From Octopus bimaculoides (lineage: Eukaryota): a DNA stretch of 35,645 nucleotides. The notes beneath the pieces are model-generated. The model saw nothing but the letters and a program-made list of their open reading frames with translations, was not told where the DNA came from and ran no database searches. Below, one piece after another: positions 1 through 11,816 of the stretch. Within the stretch, counting starts at the first letter, position 1. Every line of letters starts with the position of its first letter. The position numbers were made by a program, and so were the translations under genes. The stretch is taken from assembly GCF_001194135.2 (NCBI RefSeq), contig NC_068981.1, positions 197,611,985-197,647,629 of the forward strand, in the 5' to 3' direction.

Positions 1-34
<34 letters not shown>

Positions 35-209
35 TGTGTGTGTGAAACACTGAAAAATACTTGTTGCTGCTGTTTTTTGTCGAGAACCAGATTAATCCTA
101 GTTGAACATAGCTATGGTAAAACTGCTCCAGTCGTGACTATCGGAACGGATATCAAAGTTGTGTCTTTCGCTTTATAAGACACCAGGGCTTTGATAGTAT
201 CGTCGCCTT

Positions 210-367
210 TGTTGTTGTTGTTGTTGTTGTTGTTATAAGTGTAGTTATAAGTGTAGTTATAAGTGTAGTTATAAGTGTAGTTGGTGGTGGTGGTGGTGGT
301 GGTGGTGGTGGTGGTTATAGTGATTTAATTTTGCTGTCTTTGTTATTGTTGATTGTGATAATGACAG

Positions 368-412
<45 letters not shown>

Positions 413-445
413 CGGTGATGGTGGTGGTAGTGATAATGATGGTGG
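210..445. repeat. Compound simple repeat: (GTT)n, then (GTTATAAGTGTA)x4, (GGT)n and (GAT)n
   Basis: Read directly; the 12-bp units start at 232, 244, 256 and 268. Confidence 0.95.
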
Positions 446-680
446 TAACTTAATATATTAACAACATCTCAGACAATCGAATAATATCACTGTGAAATTG
501 TTGGACGGTCCCCCCCCCCCATCTTCCGCTTGGTTTAGTTTTGTTGATTCAAATCTGTAAGAAGTGGAGAGTAAGAACTGGAGAGCTGTTACTGAACTGA
601 AGATCTCCTTAGCCAGAATGTCGACCTTATAAGTACACACTTCGACTGAGGAGGCTGTATGATTGTCAGTAAGCTTGGGA

Positions 681-684
<4 letters not shown>

Positions 685-728
<44 letters not shown>

Positions 729-796
729 GGTGAGAGAGAGAAAGAAAGAGAGAGAGAGAGACGGAGAGAGAGAGAGAGAAAGAAAGAGAGAGAGAG
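685..796. repeat. (GA)n microsatellite
   Basis: Read directly; it generates the SLSL/RERE pseudo-ORFs. Confidence 0.95.
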
Positions 797-1224
797 ATGT
801 AGTGTGTCAATGGTAACTAATGATTGTTTCGCAATGACTCCAATGCAAACCATCTTTCAAAGAGCCTCGTTAATTCTATTTAAGTGATTTCCATGAATAG
901 CGACAAAAGCAGACGATTTTCTTCTTCACTAAATCCAATTCAGGGTTTTTATTTCTGGATGTTTTACTTCCTGTTCGTGGGTGCAAACTTGCAAACGAAC
1001 TTGGTTTGCAAGTTCGTTTCACAGCTACAGTCATCTCAACCAAAATACCATAGACTAGGGTGGGTTCCTATCTTGTGAGAGAAATTGGCAAGATGGAAAC
1101 TGCATTGAAACTTGTCGGATGCATTTTACCTGTGATTAATAATAAGTGAGAAACGATAATTATTAATATACGGAATGTCATAATTGCTAATAATTGTGGT
1201 ATGGTCATTGTTAACGCATGTAAT

Positions 1225-1391
1225 CAAGGGCGGCCTAAGGTTGCTGACGACCTGGGCAAGCTGAACTTCGGCGCCCTTACAAGCGTAATTTTTAAAACTT
1301 TTTTACAAGAAGAAAACTGAAAATGTAGACTAAAAATTACATGTTGCCACGGGCGACTGCCCGAGTGTGCCGGTACCTTGAGCCGGCCCTG
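1225..1391. mobile_element. hAT-type MITE (167 bp) with 8-bp target-site duplication
   Basis: CATGTAAT at 1217-1224 and again at 1392-1399. Imperfect TIRs: CAAGGGCGGCCTAAGG versus the right-end reverse complement CAGGGCCGGCTCAAGG. An 8-bp TSD with CAGGG termini fits hAT. Confidence 0.85.
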
Positions 1392-1431
1392 CATGTAATA
1401 TACTAAAAACTAAAAGATTTGATATTAGAAT

Positions 1432-1620
1432 GCGGCGAGCTGGCGTAATGGTTCGCACGCCGCACAAAATGCTCAGTCTTTATGTTCGGAGTTCAAATTC
1501 CACCGACGTCAACTTTGTCTTTGGAGTCGATGAAATATGCACCGTTTGAACACTGGGGTTGGTGTAATAGACTGGTCCCTACCTCATAAAGTTTCAGGCC
1601 TTGCGCCTGCAATAGAAATG
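1432..1620 (+). mobile_element. tRNA-derived SINE family A, degenerate copy
   Basis: GCGGCGAGCTGGC head, B box GAGTTCAAATTCC and tail TTTCAGGCCTTGCGCC, shared with other copies in the window. Confidence 0.8.
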
Positions 1621-1667
1621 CTGCTAATTACATGGGATACAATTAAGGATCACTCTTTATCGTTAAT

Positions 1668-2075
1668 CTCTTACTTATTTCAGTCATTAGACTGTGGCCA
1701 TGCTGGTGCATCGCCTTCAGAAATGTTAGTCGAATGAATCAACTCCAGTACTTGCTTTTTTAAAGCCTGGTACTTAGTTTGTCGGTCCCTTTTGCTGAGC
1801 CGCTAGGTTATGGGGAATAAACACACCAACACCGGTTGTCAAGCAGTGATGTGGGACAAACACAAGCAGAAAGGCACACACATACACACATATGCACGAA
1901 CGCACGCACACACACGCACACACATACACACGGCGGTCTTCTTTCAGTTTCTGTCAACTAAATCCACTCAGAATGCTTTAGTCGGCCCCAAGCTATAGTA
2001 GAAGACACTTGCCCAAGGCACCACGCAGTGGGACTGAACCCAGAACCATGTAATTGGGAAGCAAGCTTCTTACCA
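1668..2075 (-). mobile_element. SINE family B (tRNA head, CORE-like segment, internal CA repeat)
   Basis: Colinear with the copies at 9190, 17602 and 23340. The minus strand has B box GGTTCAGTCCC followed by CCTTGGGCAAGTGTCTT. Confidence 0.9.
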
Positions 2076-3086
2076 TGTATCCAGAAAACGCTATTGTATG
2101 CTGCTGCCATGTGGGTAGTATGTAACTAGAACTTTCCGGATCACTTTAAACACTAACTCTCACCAACGTTGAGGGCCTTTTCTGTTGATATCTCAAAAGT
2201 TGGTTTTTCCTCTTCAGAATTCAAAATTTCTTTTGTTTTTTGCAACCACTTTCACAAGACTCACAATTGTGCCATGCTCCGACATCTAGGTGGGAGCTGA
2301 TGCTATACACACACCCATTTCATATCTCATTTAAAGAGAGGCCACCCGTTCCTGACTTTCTCACTAACACACCTCAAACCCTGGATCACAGATGCGCTGT
2401 GTATCCTCTCACTGCCTTTTTCTACCGCTACTACAGTGGTCACTGCTCTTCTACCATATTCTCTCATGTACCTACGACTTACTCATCTCTCCTCCTTTTG
2501 TGGTCCCACCCCCGCTTTCACCCACCCCTTCTTCCCCTGAACATTGACCTGCTGGAGTTCCAGTTCTGCACATATTTTTCCTGCCACTGTCCGCATGCAG
2601 TAGTCCAGCATCACTCTCACTAGTCTTTGAGCTCGATGGTCAATGGAGAGTAAGGCTGCAATCCTTTTCCTCTAAATTTCAGATATCGTGGGTCCATGAA
2701 AGCCATGGCTGCAACTCCTTTCCCCAAATGCTCTCAATCTCCCCTTTTGTGCAAGGCTATGTTTGTATGTGTATTTCCTGAAGAAAAGTGAGCATTTAGA
2801 GAACTTGTATCCAATTGAAAGCCCCAGGTTCTAAGAATTATTGGAAGATTTATTTCATTAATAAATATCAATGACAAAAATTCTTAATCAAATCCGCAAT
2901 TCTTCACCTGAATGTAACATCACATCACACAAATACACTTCAGATTGTTGGCTTCTGTGGAATCACTTCTCGTTGCATATAATAGGTATGAATTCACAAC
3001 TATTTACTGGCCGACTTTATAATAAATGAACGACCAGACGAATGAAAATGAGACAGTAATAACCTTCATGTACATCTGCATCTCTA

Positions 3087-3090
<4 letters not shown>

Positions 3091-3162
<72 letters not shown>

Positions 3163-3178
3163 TCTCTCTCTCTCTCTG
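3091..3178. repeat. (CT)n microsatellite
   Basis: Read directly. Confidence 0.95.
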
Positions 3179-4680
3179 TCCCGCTTCTCCCCCACTTCCT
3201 TTCACATTTTCTTTTACATTTATATCTTCCACATTATTGTTTCTTTTCTATGAATTCATTTCCGCTCTTGTCAGCCACTTCAGTGCAGTGGTCTGTAATC
3301 AAACGAAGGGAAATCTTTAAAGTAGATGAGAGATGAAAATTGAAAACACAGGAAAAAAAAAATTCAGATAAATATATGCGGCAGAATTAATTGACAGCCA
3401 TCGATAATTTCCCTCCCTTAGACGGTGTACACCCCACCACGTGTCCCGACTTATCATTCAGTCAAAGTCCATCGTCTGAGGAGGACACAATCTTAAAAGA
3501 AATATTTTAAGCACATTCTTGGAATATCCAAAGATTGTGGATATAAAGAGAGGTGAATGACACATTATTTCAAAAACGATGTCTTAAGATTTACTAAAGA
3601 AGCAAGTTGGCTCTCGCTAAATATGCAAAGACCTGGAATCGATGAGTTAAAAACAACGTGGCAAATTTCGAAAAGAGAATAAATCGAATGGAAATGAAAT
3701 CGCAAGTATTGACACTTCGCGTTTATGTCGTCCAGTTTAAAATAAAAGAAAGAAATTTTTATAATCAGAGACTTCTTTTTAAGATACCAATTTTCCAGCG
3801 AAAATAAACTGGATAATTTTGAGTATACAGATGTTGTTTAACTCAATTGATTTTGTTCAATATTATTTTGGTAAACTGCACCAACGACATATTAGATTTA
3901 CTGATTCTCCCACTCTCTGGCAGAAAGTACGTTTCTAAAATTAATGAAATTTCAATAAAAATTCATAAAATAGGAATTTTTAATAATTAATCGTTGTACA
4001 AGTTTGATCGGTTTTGCAATTCAGTTACTATTTATTGAAACTGCAGAAAAAATATTGATTATGAACTATGGAGCAAAACTGTGTTTTCCAGTTAATAATT
4101 TCCGAATGAACATATTTTAATATTGAATCACCAGAGAAATTTTTTTAAAGGTACTTAAACAAAAAGAAGATAAAAAAAAATCGCTCTATATTAAGGACAG
4201 TTGACACTCAGCTTTAAAATGGAAGTAAGGAAATGTCAAAGACCTGATTCTATTGGTTGATACTTGAATGGATATATTTATCTCATGGTTGAAAAATAGA
4301 ATCATGTTTTAAAATGTCAAGTGATCTACTTTTTTTTCTTTGGTTTCTTTGGTAAATGCAAGAACACTACAAGGAAAAGTTATTATTATGAAATACTAAA
4401 TATATATTGACCACAAAAATGGGGGAGGGGGAACCTGGATGGTTTCAATGAATATCTTTATTGACTATTAAGGATTGCTGGTTCCAATAGATTGTATTTA
4501 TTTTAATAATCAACAAAACTTGAAGAATGATGCCATACACAGATCCTTACAGGAATCACCAATCTCTGCAGATGAAGACAGACAAGGTTGTGTAGTTGAG
4601 AAATTCATTTCGCAGCTACACGCTTTCAAGTTAAATCTGCTTTACATAACTTTACTCTCTCTCTATATATATAAGCTCTT

Positions 4681-5025
4681 TATCTTTTACCGGCTTCAAC
4701 CAGGAGCTGAGGCCATGCTGGAGCACCGCCTTTTCGTGTGGTAGGGTTTCTTTTCTGTACTGCTTCTGCAGAAGTAGTGAGTTGTACAGAGCTGTTATTC
4801 TTTGTGACCCCTGCCGCGATGTGAGTTCATCTGGTATTTCAGATAAAAAATTTGTTCTTCTTTGAAGATCTCCACATCTACACCTCACGAATTTCCGAGG
4901 TTGTTAGGCAGAATGTTGATTAGTTGGGGACCCTTGTGACCCAACCTGTTACTTTACTGGGTCCTTATTCTAGATGGAAAAGATGGGATTTTGGTGCAAT
5001 GTAGTGCCGTCCAGTTCGGCGGTTG
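4681..5025 (-). mobile_element. CR1/L2-like LINE 3' end fragment
   Basis: Frameshifted translation RTGRH..PKIPS..LGHKGPQL..GVDVEIFK..SEIPDELTSRQ..NSLL, homologous to the 34.3 kb copy. Ends in a GGCGGTGCTCCAGCATGGC tail. Confidence 0.8.
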
Positions 5026-5567
5026 GCATGGTTTTCAATTTGACCGCTAAATCTACAATTTAAAAAAAATTCTCTCTCTCTTTATTTTTTCTTATTCTTT
5101 TCTGTTGACCCGAAACGTAAAAGACTTTATCACTTTCCCAAGCGTCAAACTAATTACACCTGCTTGTTGTTCATGCACCTGTCTTCGCCTTTTGTTTTTC
5201 TATAAATTTCAACTATATATATATATATATNNNNNNNNNNNNNNNNNNNNNNNNNNNNNNNNNNNNNNNNNNNNNNNNNNNNNNNNNNNNNNNNNNNNNN
5301 NNNNNNNNNNNNNNNNNNNNNNNNNNNNNNNNNNNNNNNNNNNNNNNNNNNNNNNNNNNNNNNNNNNNNNNNNNNNNNNNNNNNNNNNNNNNNNNNNNNN
5401 NNNNNNNNNNNNNNNNNNNNNNNNNNNNNNNNNNNNNNNNNNNNNNNNNNNNNNNNNNNNNNNNNNNNNNNNNNNNNNNNNNNNNNNNNNNNNNNNNNNN
5501 NNNNNNNNNNNNNNNNNNNNNNNNNNNNNNNNNNNNNNNNNNNNNNNNNNNNNNNNNNNNNNNNNNN

Positions 5568-5631
<64 letters not shown>

Positions 5632-6503
5632 TTCTCCTTTCAGCTATACCACAGATCCCTGCACTAATCACATTCTTTTCCCTTTTCCCCCCTTTTCTCT
5701 ATCTCTCCTTTCAACTAACCAACCACGTTACATAATAGCAACGCTCTCTCTCCTAGCTCTCCCCGCTAACACTCTTCTCTCTCCTCCTTTTCACCTCTCC
5801 TTCAACTAACCACACAGCAGCCTCACAAACTTGGCTTTAGTATACAAATAAGTAGATTTTAGCAGCATAACAATAAAGATATTTTGACGTAAGCGTCTGG
5901 AATTTCTAGAAAGGTAGACCTCTGGCATGCTCCAGCTCTCTCTGCGCTTGAATATAACACGAAATTCCCGTTCCTTTACCATCACTCTCTAAAAACGAGA
6001 ACACTCTAATTTCCAGTTTATTCGCCACTATTTTAACAACAGCTATTTATCTCACAACCTTTGCTTAATTCAGTAATACTCTTCCTTTAAACAAACCCAT
6101 TATGAAGTATCGCGTCAAACATCTTGACCCGTAATTACCTGTAGATATCTACAAAAGCATATTTAACCGATATTTAACACCTGTTGCAACGTTGATTTAC
6201 TGTGTTGTCTTCCGTTGACATAATGACAACGGTCTTGACACTTGTTTGTAAAGGACTGGCATGTAAATACCTGGGAATCGGGTTGAAGACAAAATAAAAG
6301 TTACTTCTGAAAGCGATGTTAGTTCAATTCTCGCGCCGGAAACTCACAAGCAGGAAACTTGTGGGGTGAATTTGTCAAATACCATTTCATGCAGTGATGA
6401 GGACTGTTGTAGCGTGCCGTACCAATAACAATCAACTGCAGTGGTAGAGAGCGGAGGTGATGTAGTTGACCGCTGTTCTGAATTCATTAAAGCTTTTCGG
6501 TAT

Positions 6504-6720
6504 AAGGTGGCAATCTAGTGAAATCGTCGGAGCGTCGGACAAAATGCTAAGCAGTATTTCTTGCAGATCTTTACGTTATGGACTCAAATCCTGCGGAAGT
6601 TAATTGTCTTTCATCCGTCTGGGGTCGATGAAATAAAGTACCGATGAAGTGGTGGGGCTGTCGCAGTCAATTTACTCCCTCCATGCATTATTGCTGACTT
6701 TGTGCCAGAATTTGAACGAA
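6504..6720 (+). mobile_element. SINE family A, old copy
   Basis: Degenerate head plus TTTCATCCGTCTGGGGTCGATGAAATAAAGTACC core. Confidence 0.75.
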
Positions 6721-6750
6721 ATATCATGTCCAGGCGGCACAACGCGGCAC

Positions 6751-7113
6751 AAGGTGACAAGCTGGCAGAAACGTTAGCACGCCGGGCGAAATGCTTAGCG
6801 GTATTTCGTCTGCCGTTACGTTCTGAGTTCAAATTCCGCCGAGGTCGAATTTGCATTTCATCCTCTCGGGGTCGATAAATTAAGTACCAGTTACGTACTT
6901 GGGTCGATGTAATCGACTTAATCCCTTTGTCTGTCCTTGTTTGTCCCCGCTATGTTTAGCCCCCTGAGGGCAATAAAGAAATAAGAAACATTTGGACATC
7001 GGCAAATATATCTTTGCAATATTTGTCCCAGTTCTTTATTTTCTGAGTTCAAATTCCGCCGAGGTCAACTTTTGCTTTTCATCGTTTCGGGGTCGATAAA
7101 GTAAGTATCAGTT
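6751..7113 (+). mobile_element. SINE family A, dimeric form
   Basis: A full unit, then the linker TAATCCCTTTGTCTGTCC...GGGCAATAAAGAAATAAGAAAC, then a second B box and core. Same layout as 18239-18668. Confidence 0.85.
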
Positions 7114-7847
7114 AAAGTGATGGCGTTGGGGCGAAAACAGAAACTTGTAGGACTCCATTGAAAATGTAGATTGTAGCTGTGTCGTCGTCGTCGTTGCTGT
7201 TGTTGTTGTTGTTGTCACTGCTGTTGTTGTCTTAACTATTGTTGCTGATGTTTTTCTCGTGGGTGTATGTTACACACTTGTCGCCCTGACAACCAATTTG
7301 ATGGCCAATAGTTAGTTCTTAAAGAGGTTTTTAACTATTTTGTGAATAAGTGAATAACAGACTTGAAAACAGATCTCCATGGTCGTTAAAACAACGGGAG
7401 CATGTATAATGTATGTGTGTTTGGTGGGGGACATCGCTGGATTGTTCTCTATCTAGGGAGATAAATCGATTTCTGAACTTGTCTGCTCTGCATAAACCTA
7501 ACAAACACCATGGCTCCATTTTGTATATGTGTATATGTATAAACTGTGTAACGTATTGCGGTGCAGTAACAATCTCTCATTTGTCCGATCACACACACAC
7601 ACATTGAACGGCGTTAAATTAATTGTAAGCTCTCGGAATATTGAGATCTTAATCCTACAGCGATTGTCCCACCACCATCACCACTGCCACCGCCACCGAG
7701 CGTCCTCTAAGTTGTAGTTAATGTCCAGAAGTTATTAACATCAGACAGTCTAATTAGCTTGTACACGTGAAATTAAATTTACACGTTGCCGGAAACCTTT
7801 CATTATGAATATTAGATCAACCGTCTCTGGTTAATAGACCGGGATGA

Positions 7848-7891
<44 letters not shown>

Positions 7892-8777
7892 CAACAACAA
7901 CATCAATAACAAAAACAACAATGCTATGAAATTTCTTTTATTTATCTCAAGGGGATGGATGGGAAGACAAAAAAATGGACAATTACAAAAGTGTGCGAGT
8001 TTGCGTTGAAAATCTAATGAAAGAGAGAAGTAAAATTGAAGAAATGTTCTCGACATGGAAATGTCTAGTCAGAATATCCACAGAGGTTCTTTGCAACCTC
8101 GGACTCAATCAAGAAACACAACAGATCCTGGAATTACCTTGACTACAAAGGGTTAAGTTCCCTCTCCCTGGTCTTTAGGCACATTCCCAGGGTAGACTCA
8201 TTCATTCGAGACATGTTCATCATTTTCACCCATTTTTAACAAATTTACTGGGATGTTGGGGCAGCTTCTTCCTGCCTACCTTTACTTTCATTTCGAAGTG
8301 ACAACTGGAAAGGCGTAGGAGGATTTGGCCGAAGCGGTGCATGTCTGTCTCCATACTTTTATCAGTCCTATTCGCCACACAACTTGTTTTCGCCAAAGCC
8401 ACCGGAGAGAAGAAAAATTCTTGCTCTCGGCCGACGGAAGACGACGGGGCAATTTTCGCGATAGACTTGGCAGATCGTTAGATCCGTCCTACACGCGGCC
8501 ACAGTCGTTCGATATAGCGACACAAGTCAGCACTTCTCGGTCCCTAAATGAGCGCATCGTTGCTTTGTGGCCTCAAAGAGTTACCTGTCAGGGGATCATC
8601 TACATTTTTCTTTGCTTTTCACTGGTGTCATGTAGACATCTAACGACGTCTCCGCCAGTTGCCTGTTTCTCGGTTTTTGCAGGAAACGAACTCCATTCTC
8701 CACCTGATGCTTTCGTGTCACAAGGGAACTACTCCATCAACTTCACTCTTTACAAAGGGCCAGCCTTTTCACACTGA

Positions 8778-8920
8778 ATCTGACTGAGATCTACGCTAAA
8801 GATGCACGTGTCTGTGGAGTACTCAGTCACTTTCATGTTAATTCCACGAGCAGGCTGTTCTGTTCGTTGATCGGATCAACTGGGACACTCCTCGTTGTAA
8901 CCGACGGAGTTCCAGCTTAT
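8778..8920. repeat. Interspersed repeat fragment (probable retroposon end)
   Basis: Resembles an octopus repeat segment I recall (GTGTCTGTGGAGTACTCAG...GATCGGATCAACTGG...GTAACCGACGGAG). There is no second copy in the window to confirm it. Confidence 0.4.
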
Positions 8921-9189
8921 ATTGGGATTGGTGTGTGTTCTAATGTTGCAGCTGCTGCTACTGTGGTTGTTGCTATTTGCAATATATTAGTTCCCTAAAT
9001 TAGTGTTGTTTAACGCCAGGACAGCTCTGGTCCAGTAGATCCCTAATAAAATAGCGTTCTAACTGTGACCAAGCCATCTATGTCAATCAACTAAAAATTC
9101 TTCAGTGCAGTGCCCCAGCATAGCCGCAGTCTAATGATTGAAACAAGTAAAAGATAATGCGTGTGTGTGCTAGAATGTCAGCCATCATA

Positions 9190-9590
9190 TTACTCTTTTA
9201 CTTGTTTCAGTCATTTGACTGTGGCCATGCTGGAGTACCGCCTTTAGTCGAGAAAATCAACTCCAGAACTTATTCTTTGTAAGTCTAGTACTTATTCTAT
9301 CGGTCTCTTTTGCCGAACCGCTAAGTTACGGGGACGTAAACACATTAGCATCGGTTGTCAAGTGATGCAGGGGGGACAAACACAGACACACAAACATATA
9401 TACACACACATATATACATATATATACGACGGTATTCTTTCAGTTTCCGTCTACCAAATCCACTCACAAGACTTTGGTCAGCCCGAGGCTATAATAGAAG
9501 GCACTTGCCCAAGGTGCCACGCAGTGGGACTGAACCCGGAACCATGTGGTTCGTAAGTAAGCTACTTACCACACAGCCACTCCTACGCCT
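9190..9590 (-). mobile_element. SINE family B, full-length
   Basis: The minus strand starts AGGAGTGGCTGTGTGGTAAG (A box), has B box GGGTTCAGTCCC and ends ACTGAAACAAGTAAAAGAG. Confidence 0.92.
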
Positions 9591-10887
9591 ATATCACTGG
9601 TATATTTTAGCCACCTTTCAGGAAATATGACCTACATATAATGATTATAGAGCTAGGAGATAACACTCACTAATTAAAGAATAAGAACTCAGGTTAAGCA
9701 TCAGGTTACCTTACTCTCATTGATACAACACAAAGTTCGGCTGAACTTCGTTGGAAGCAATATCTTCCTACAATAAAGAGTAGACAGAGAAGGTCGATAA
9801 CTGCTTCCCTTCTTATCGCTTCACTAAAATAAGTCTTCAATGAAGAAATAATTAACGCTAATAGACGCTAATATTACTCAATCATTCTATTTAGATATAC
9901 TTGTTTGATATAAGTGAATTTTCAATGAATAAGAAGTAAAATCTGAACAGACCATCGCTATCCCCTGTTTATCACGGTTTTGATGAACGAGGATTTAATT
10001 ACCATGATTAAATTTATTGTGATCAATCCTTGCTTAACGTCTATTTACTGCGCTTTGAAAATGGCGTGGAAACAGCTGGAGATGACCCGCTGAGCTGACA
10101 GCGTCTTCCCGCCTTTGCTACTGCACCACAATATCTTAACAGTGTCCAGTGTAAACGAACAAGTTACACATTTGTTTAAAATTCATCACATATTTTTGTA
10201 ATAAAAAACCTGACCTTCACAATACCGTATTTGCAAAAGTTAACAGTTATACTGTAATATAGAGAAGAAAGTTATTATCATTGAAATGAGTGAAAGTGCA
10301 GTAAAGGTTGATGACGCTAAAATTAAGGTGAGAAGAGAGGAAGGCCTTAGGGATCTACGATATGAACTACGTTAGGCAAAGTGAATGGGTAGGGGATTTC
10401 TCCAATGATGGGGCATCTGCTAATACTTTAATTGGAACAGTCTAATCAGAAGCGAATTCCAGTTGACACCAATAATATGATTAAAGCCTTCAGCCATTTT
10501 CTGTCGAGCAAAAGAAACGAAAGGAGAGGATTGGCTGCAAATGTCGGCTGAAAGATTTCAAAACTTGAACGAATACAGTAAAAGAAAAAAAAATTGAAAG
10601 CTGTGAGCAGAGATGAAAGTGGAGCCGCTCTGTGTGGAGCCGCCCAATGAAATAAACGATGAAAATAATTGATAAGCAAATCTTTGACTCAAACAATTTT
10701 TCCCAGTCATATGATGATTAAATAAGAAGACTTGGAACACTAAAGACTTGATAAAACATTGGTTCACATCGCATTTTTGTCCGGAAGTTAAAAGTTATCG
10801 AAAGAAAGTAATTTTAACTTTCAAAGCAGTTTGACTCTGTTTAATGGTGCCGCCCATCTTAAATGTTTTTGTATTAATCTTTACACC

Positions 10888-10943
10888 ATCATCATCGTAA
10901 TCATCATCATCGTAATCATCATCATTGTAATCATCATCATCGC

Positions 10944-11003
<60 letters not shown>
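10888..11003. repeat. (ATC)n microsatellite
   Basis: Read directly; the source of the poly-D and poly-I pseudo-ORFs. Confidence 0.95.
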
Positions 11004-11109
11004 TTCTCTTTCTTTTCATCCAGGGTAGCCATGTATTCACCTCTTCAGCAAGACACCTGTTCCTGCTCCGCCATCATATCCTCACCTCGCTCTTTACTAC
11101 ATCTCCACT

Positions 11110-11331
11110 CAATTGGTAGGCCTTGCCTTGCGAGCTGTTTGGTGACCTCTCTAGTGTCGGCGCCGTGTAACAAGCACCCAGTAGACTCCGTAAAGTGGTT
11201 GGCGTTAGGAAGGGCATTCAGTCGCAGAAACCATGCGAATGCAGACACTGGAGCTCGGCACCGTCCTCTGACGGACAATACAACCGATGATAGCATGGAA
11301 AACGGAGTTAAACAGCGACGACGACGACGAT
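11110..11331 (+). mobile_element. Third SINE-like family fragment with V-domain-like motif and (GAC/GAT)n tail
   Basis: GGTTGGCGTTAGGAAGGGCATTCAGTCGCAGAAAC resembles the V-SINE central motif (from memory). Ends GCATGGAAAACGGAGTTAAAC followed by a (GAC)n run. Confidence 0.6.
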
Positions 11332-11720
11332 AAAACATTGTCGTTACAAGCCATAGACCAAAGACCAGTGCCTACATTCAAGGCCTATTTTATTCAAACA
11401 ATTTACAGCTATTCAAAGTTACAAACTATAAGAGACGGCAACAGTCTTCAAGAAGCAGTTGAAAATATTGTTGAATCTGTGGAAGAAGTGAGAAGCAAGT
11501 GGATAAAGGGAGCAATCTAACCGAATGTTCCGGCTGAACGCGTTAATGATTTGAGTGGCTTCAAAAACTGCGTCAAGGAAGTCATTAATGGAATTGGTTT
11601 GGTTGCAAGAAAAGTTGGCTTCGAAGATGTTCGTAGGAGAAATGGTTGGTGAATAATTAGCTTCACATTGCAGATACTGAAGTGAAGATGGTCTTATCAA
11701 AGATGAGCATCAAGATGTGT
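11332..11720 (+). pseudogene. Tigger/pogo-family transposase relic, C-terminal part
   Basis: LQAIDQRPVPTFKAY resembles LQPMDQGVIATFKAYY. AVENIVESVEEV..NDLSGFKNCVKEVINGIGLVARKVGFEDV, then after a frameshift E*LASH..SEDGLI, follows the Tigger C-terminal pattern. Contains stops and a frameshift. Confidence 0.75.
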
Positions 11721-11721
11721 G

Positions 11722-11816
11722 AGAGGAGGAGGAGTAGGAGTAGGAGGAGGAGGAAGAAGAAGAAGAAGAAGAAGAAGAAGAAGAAGAAGAAGAAGAAGAA
11801 GAAGAAGAAGAAGAAA
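11722..11816. repeat. (GAG/GAA)n microsatellite
   Basis: Read directly. Confidence 0.95.

Noticed and set aside
458-887. ORFs 458-853, 589-810 and 663-887, and possible minus-strand splice acceptors
   Set aside because: Driven by the (GA)n repeat; the unique part resembles no protein I know and has no convincing splice donor.
3830-3925. Possible 96-bp phase-0 exon MLFNSIDFVQYYFGKLHQRHIRFTDSPTLWQK between AG and GTACGT
   Set aside because: Weak polypyrimidine tract, no recognisable homology and no partner exons.
5105-5809. Long ORFs containing X runs (also at 15.0-16.0, 18.6-19.4, 23.5-23.9, 25.7-27.0, 31.3-32.0 and 33.2-34.1 kb)
   Set aside because: Artefacts of translating through N-gaps and simple repeats; only the transposon-derived portions are real.
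6611-6856. Recurring ORF motif RPRRNLNSERNGRRNTAKHF (also at 22.4, 22.6, 27.0 and 31.0 kb)
   Set aside because: Antisense translation of SINE A, not a protein family.
7500-7830. Cluster of TAAT and E-box motifs with a Pro/Thr/His-rich pseudo-exon
   Set aside because: Such motifs are expected by chance in AT-rich DNA; the frames stop quickly and conservation cannot be judged here.
9355-9630. Recurring ORF motif FRLPNPLTRLWSARGY (also at 17.8, 23.5, 29.0 and 35.0 kb)
   Set aside because: Antisense translation of SINE B.
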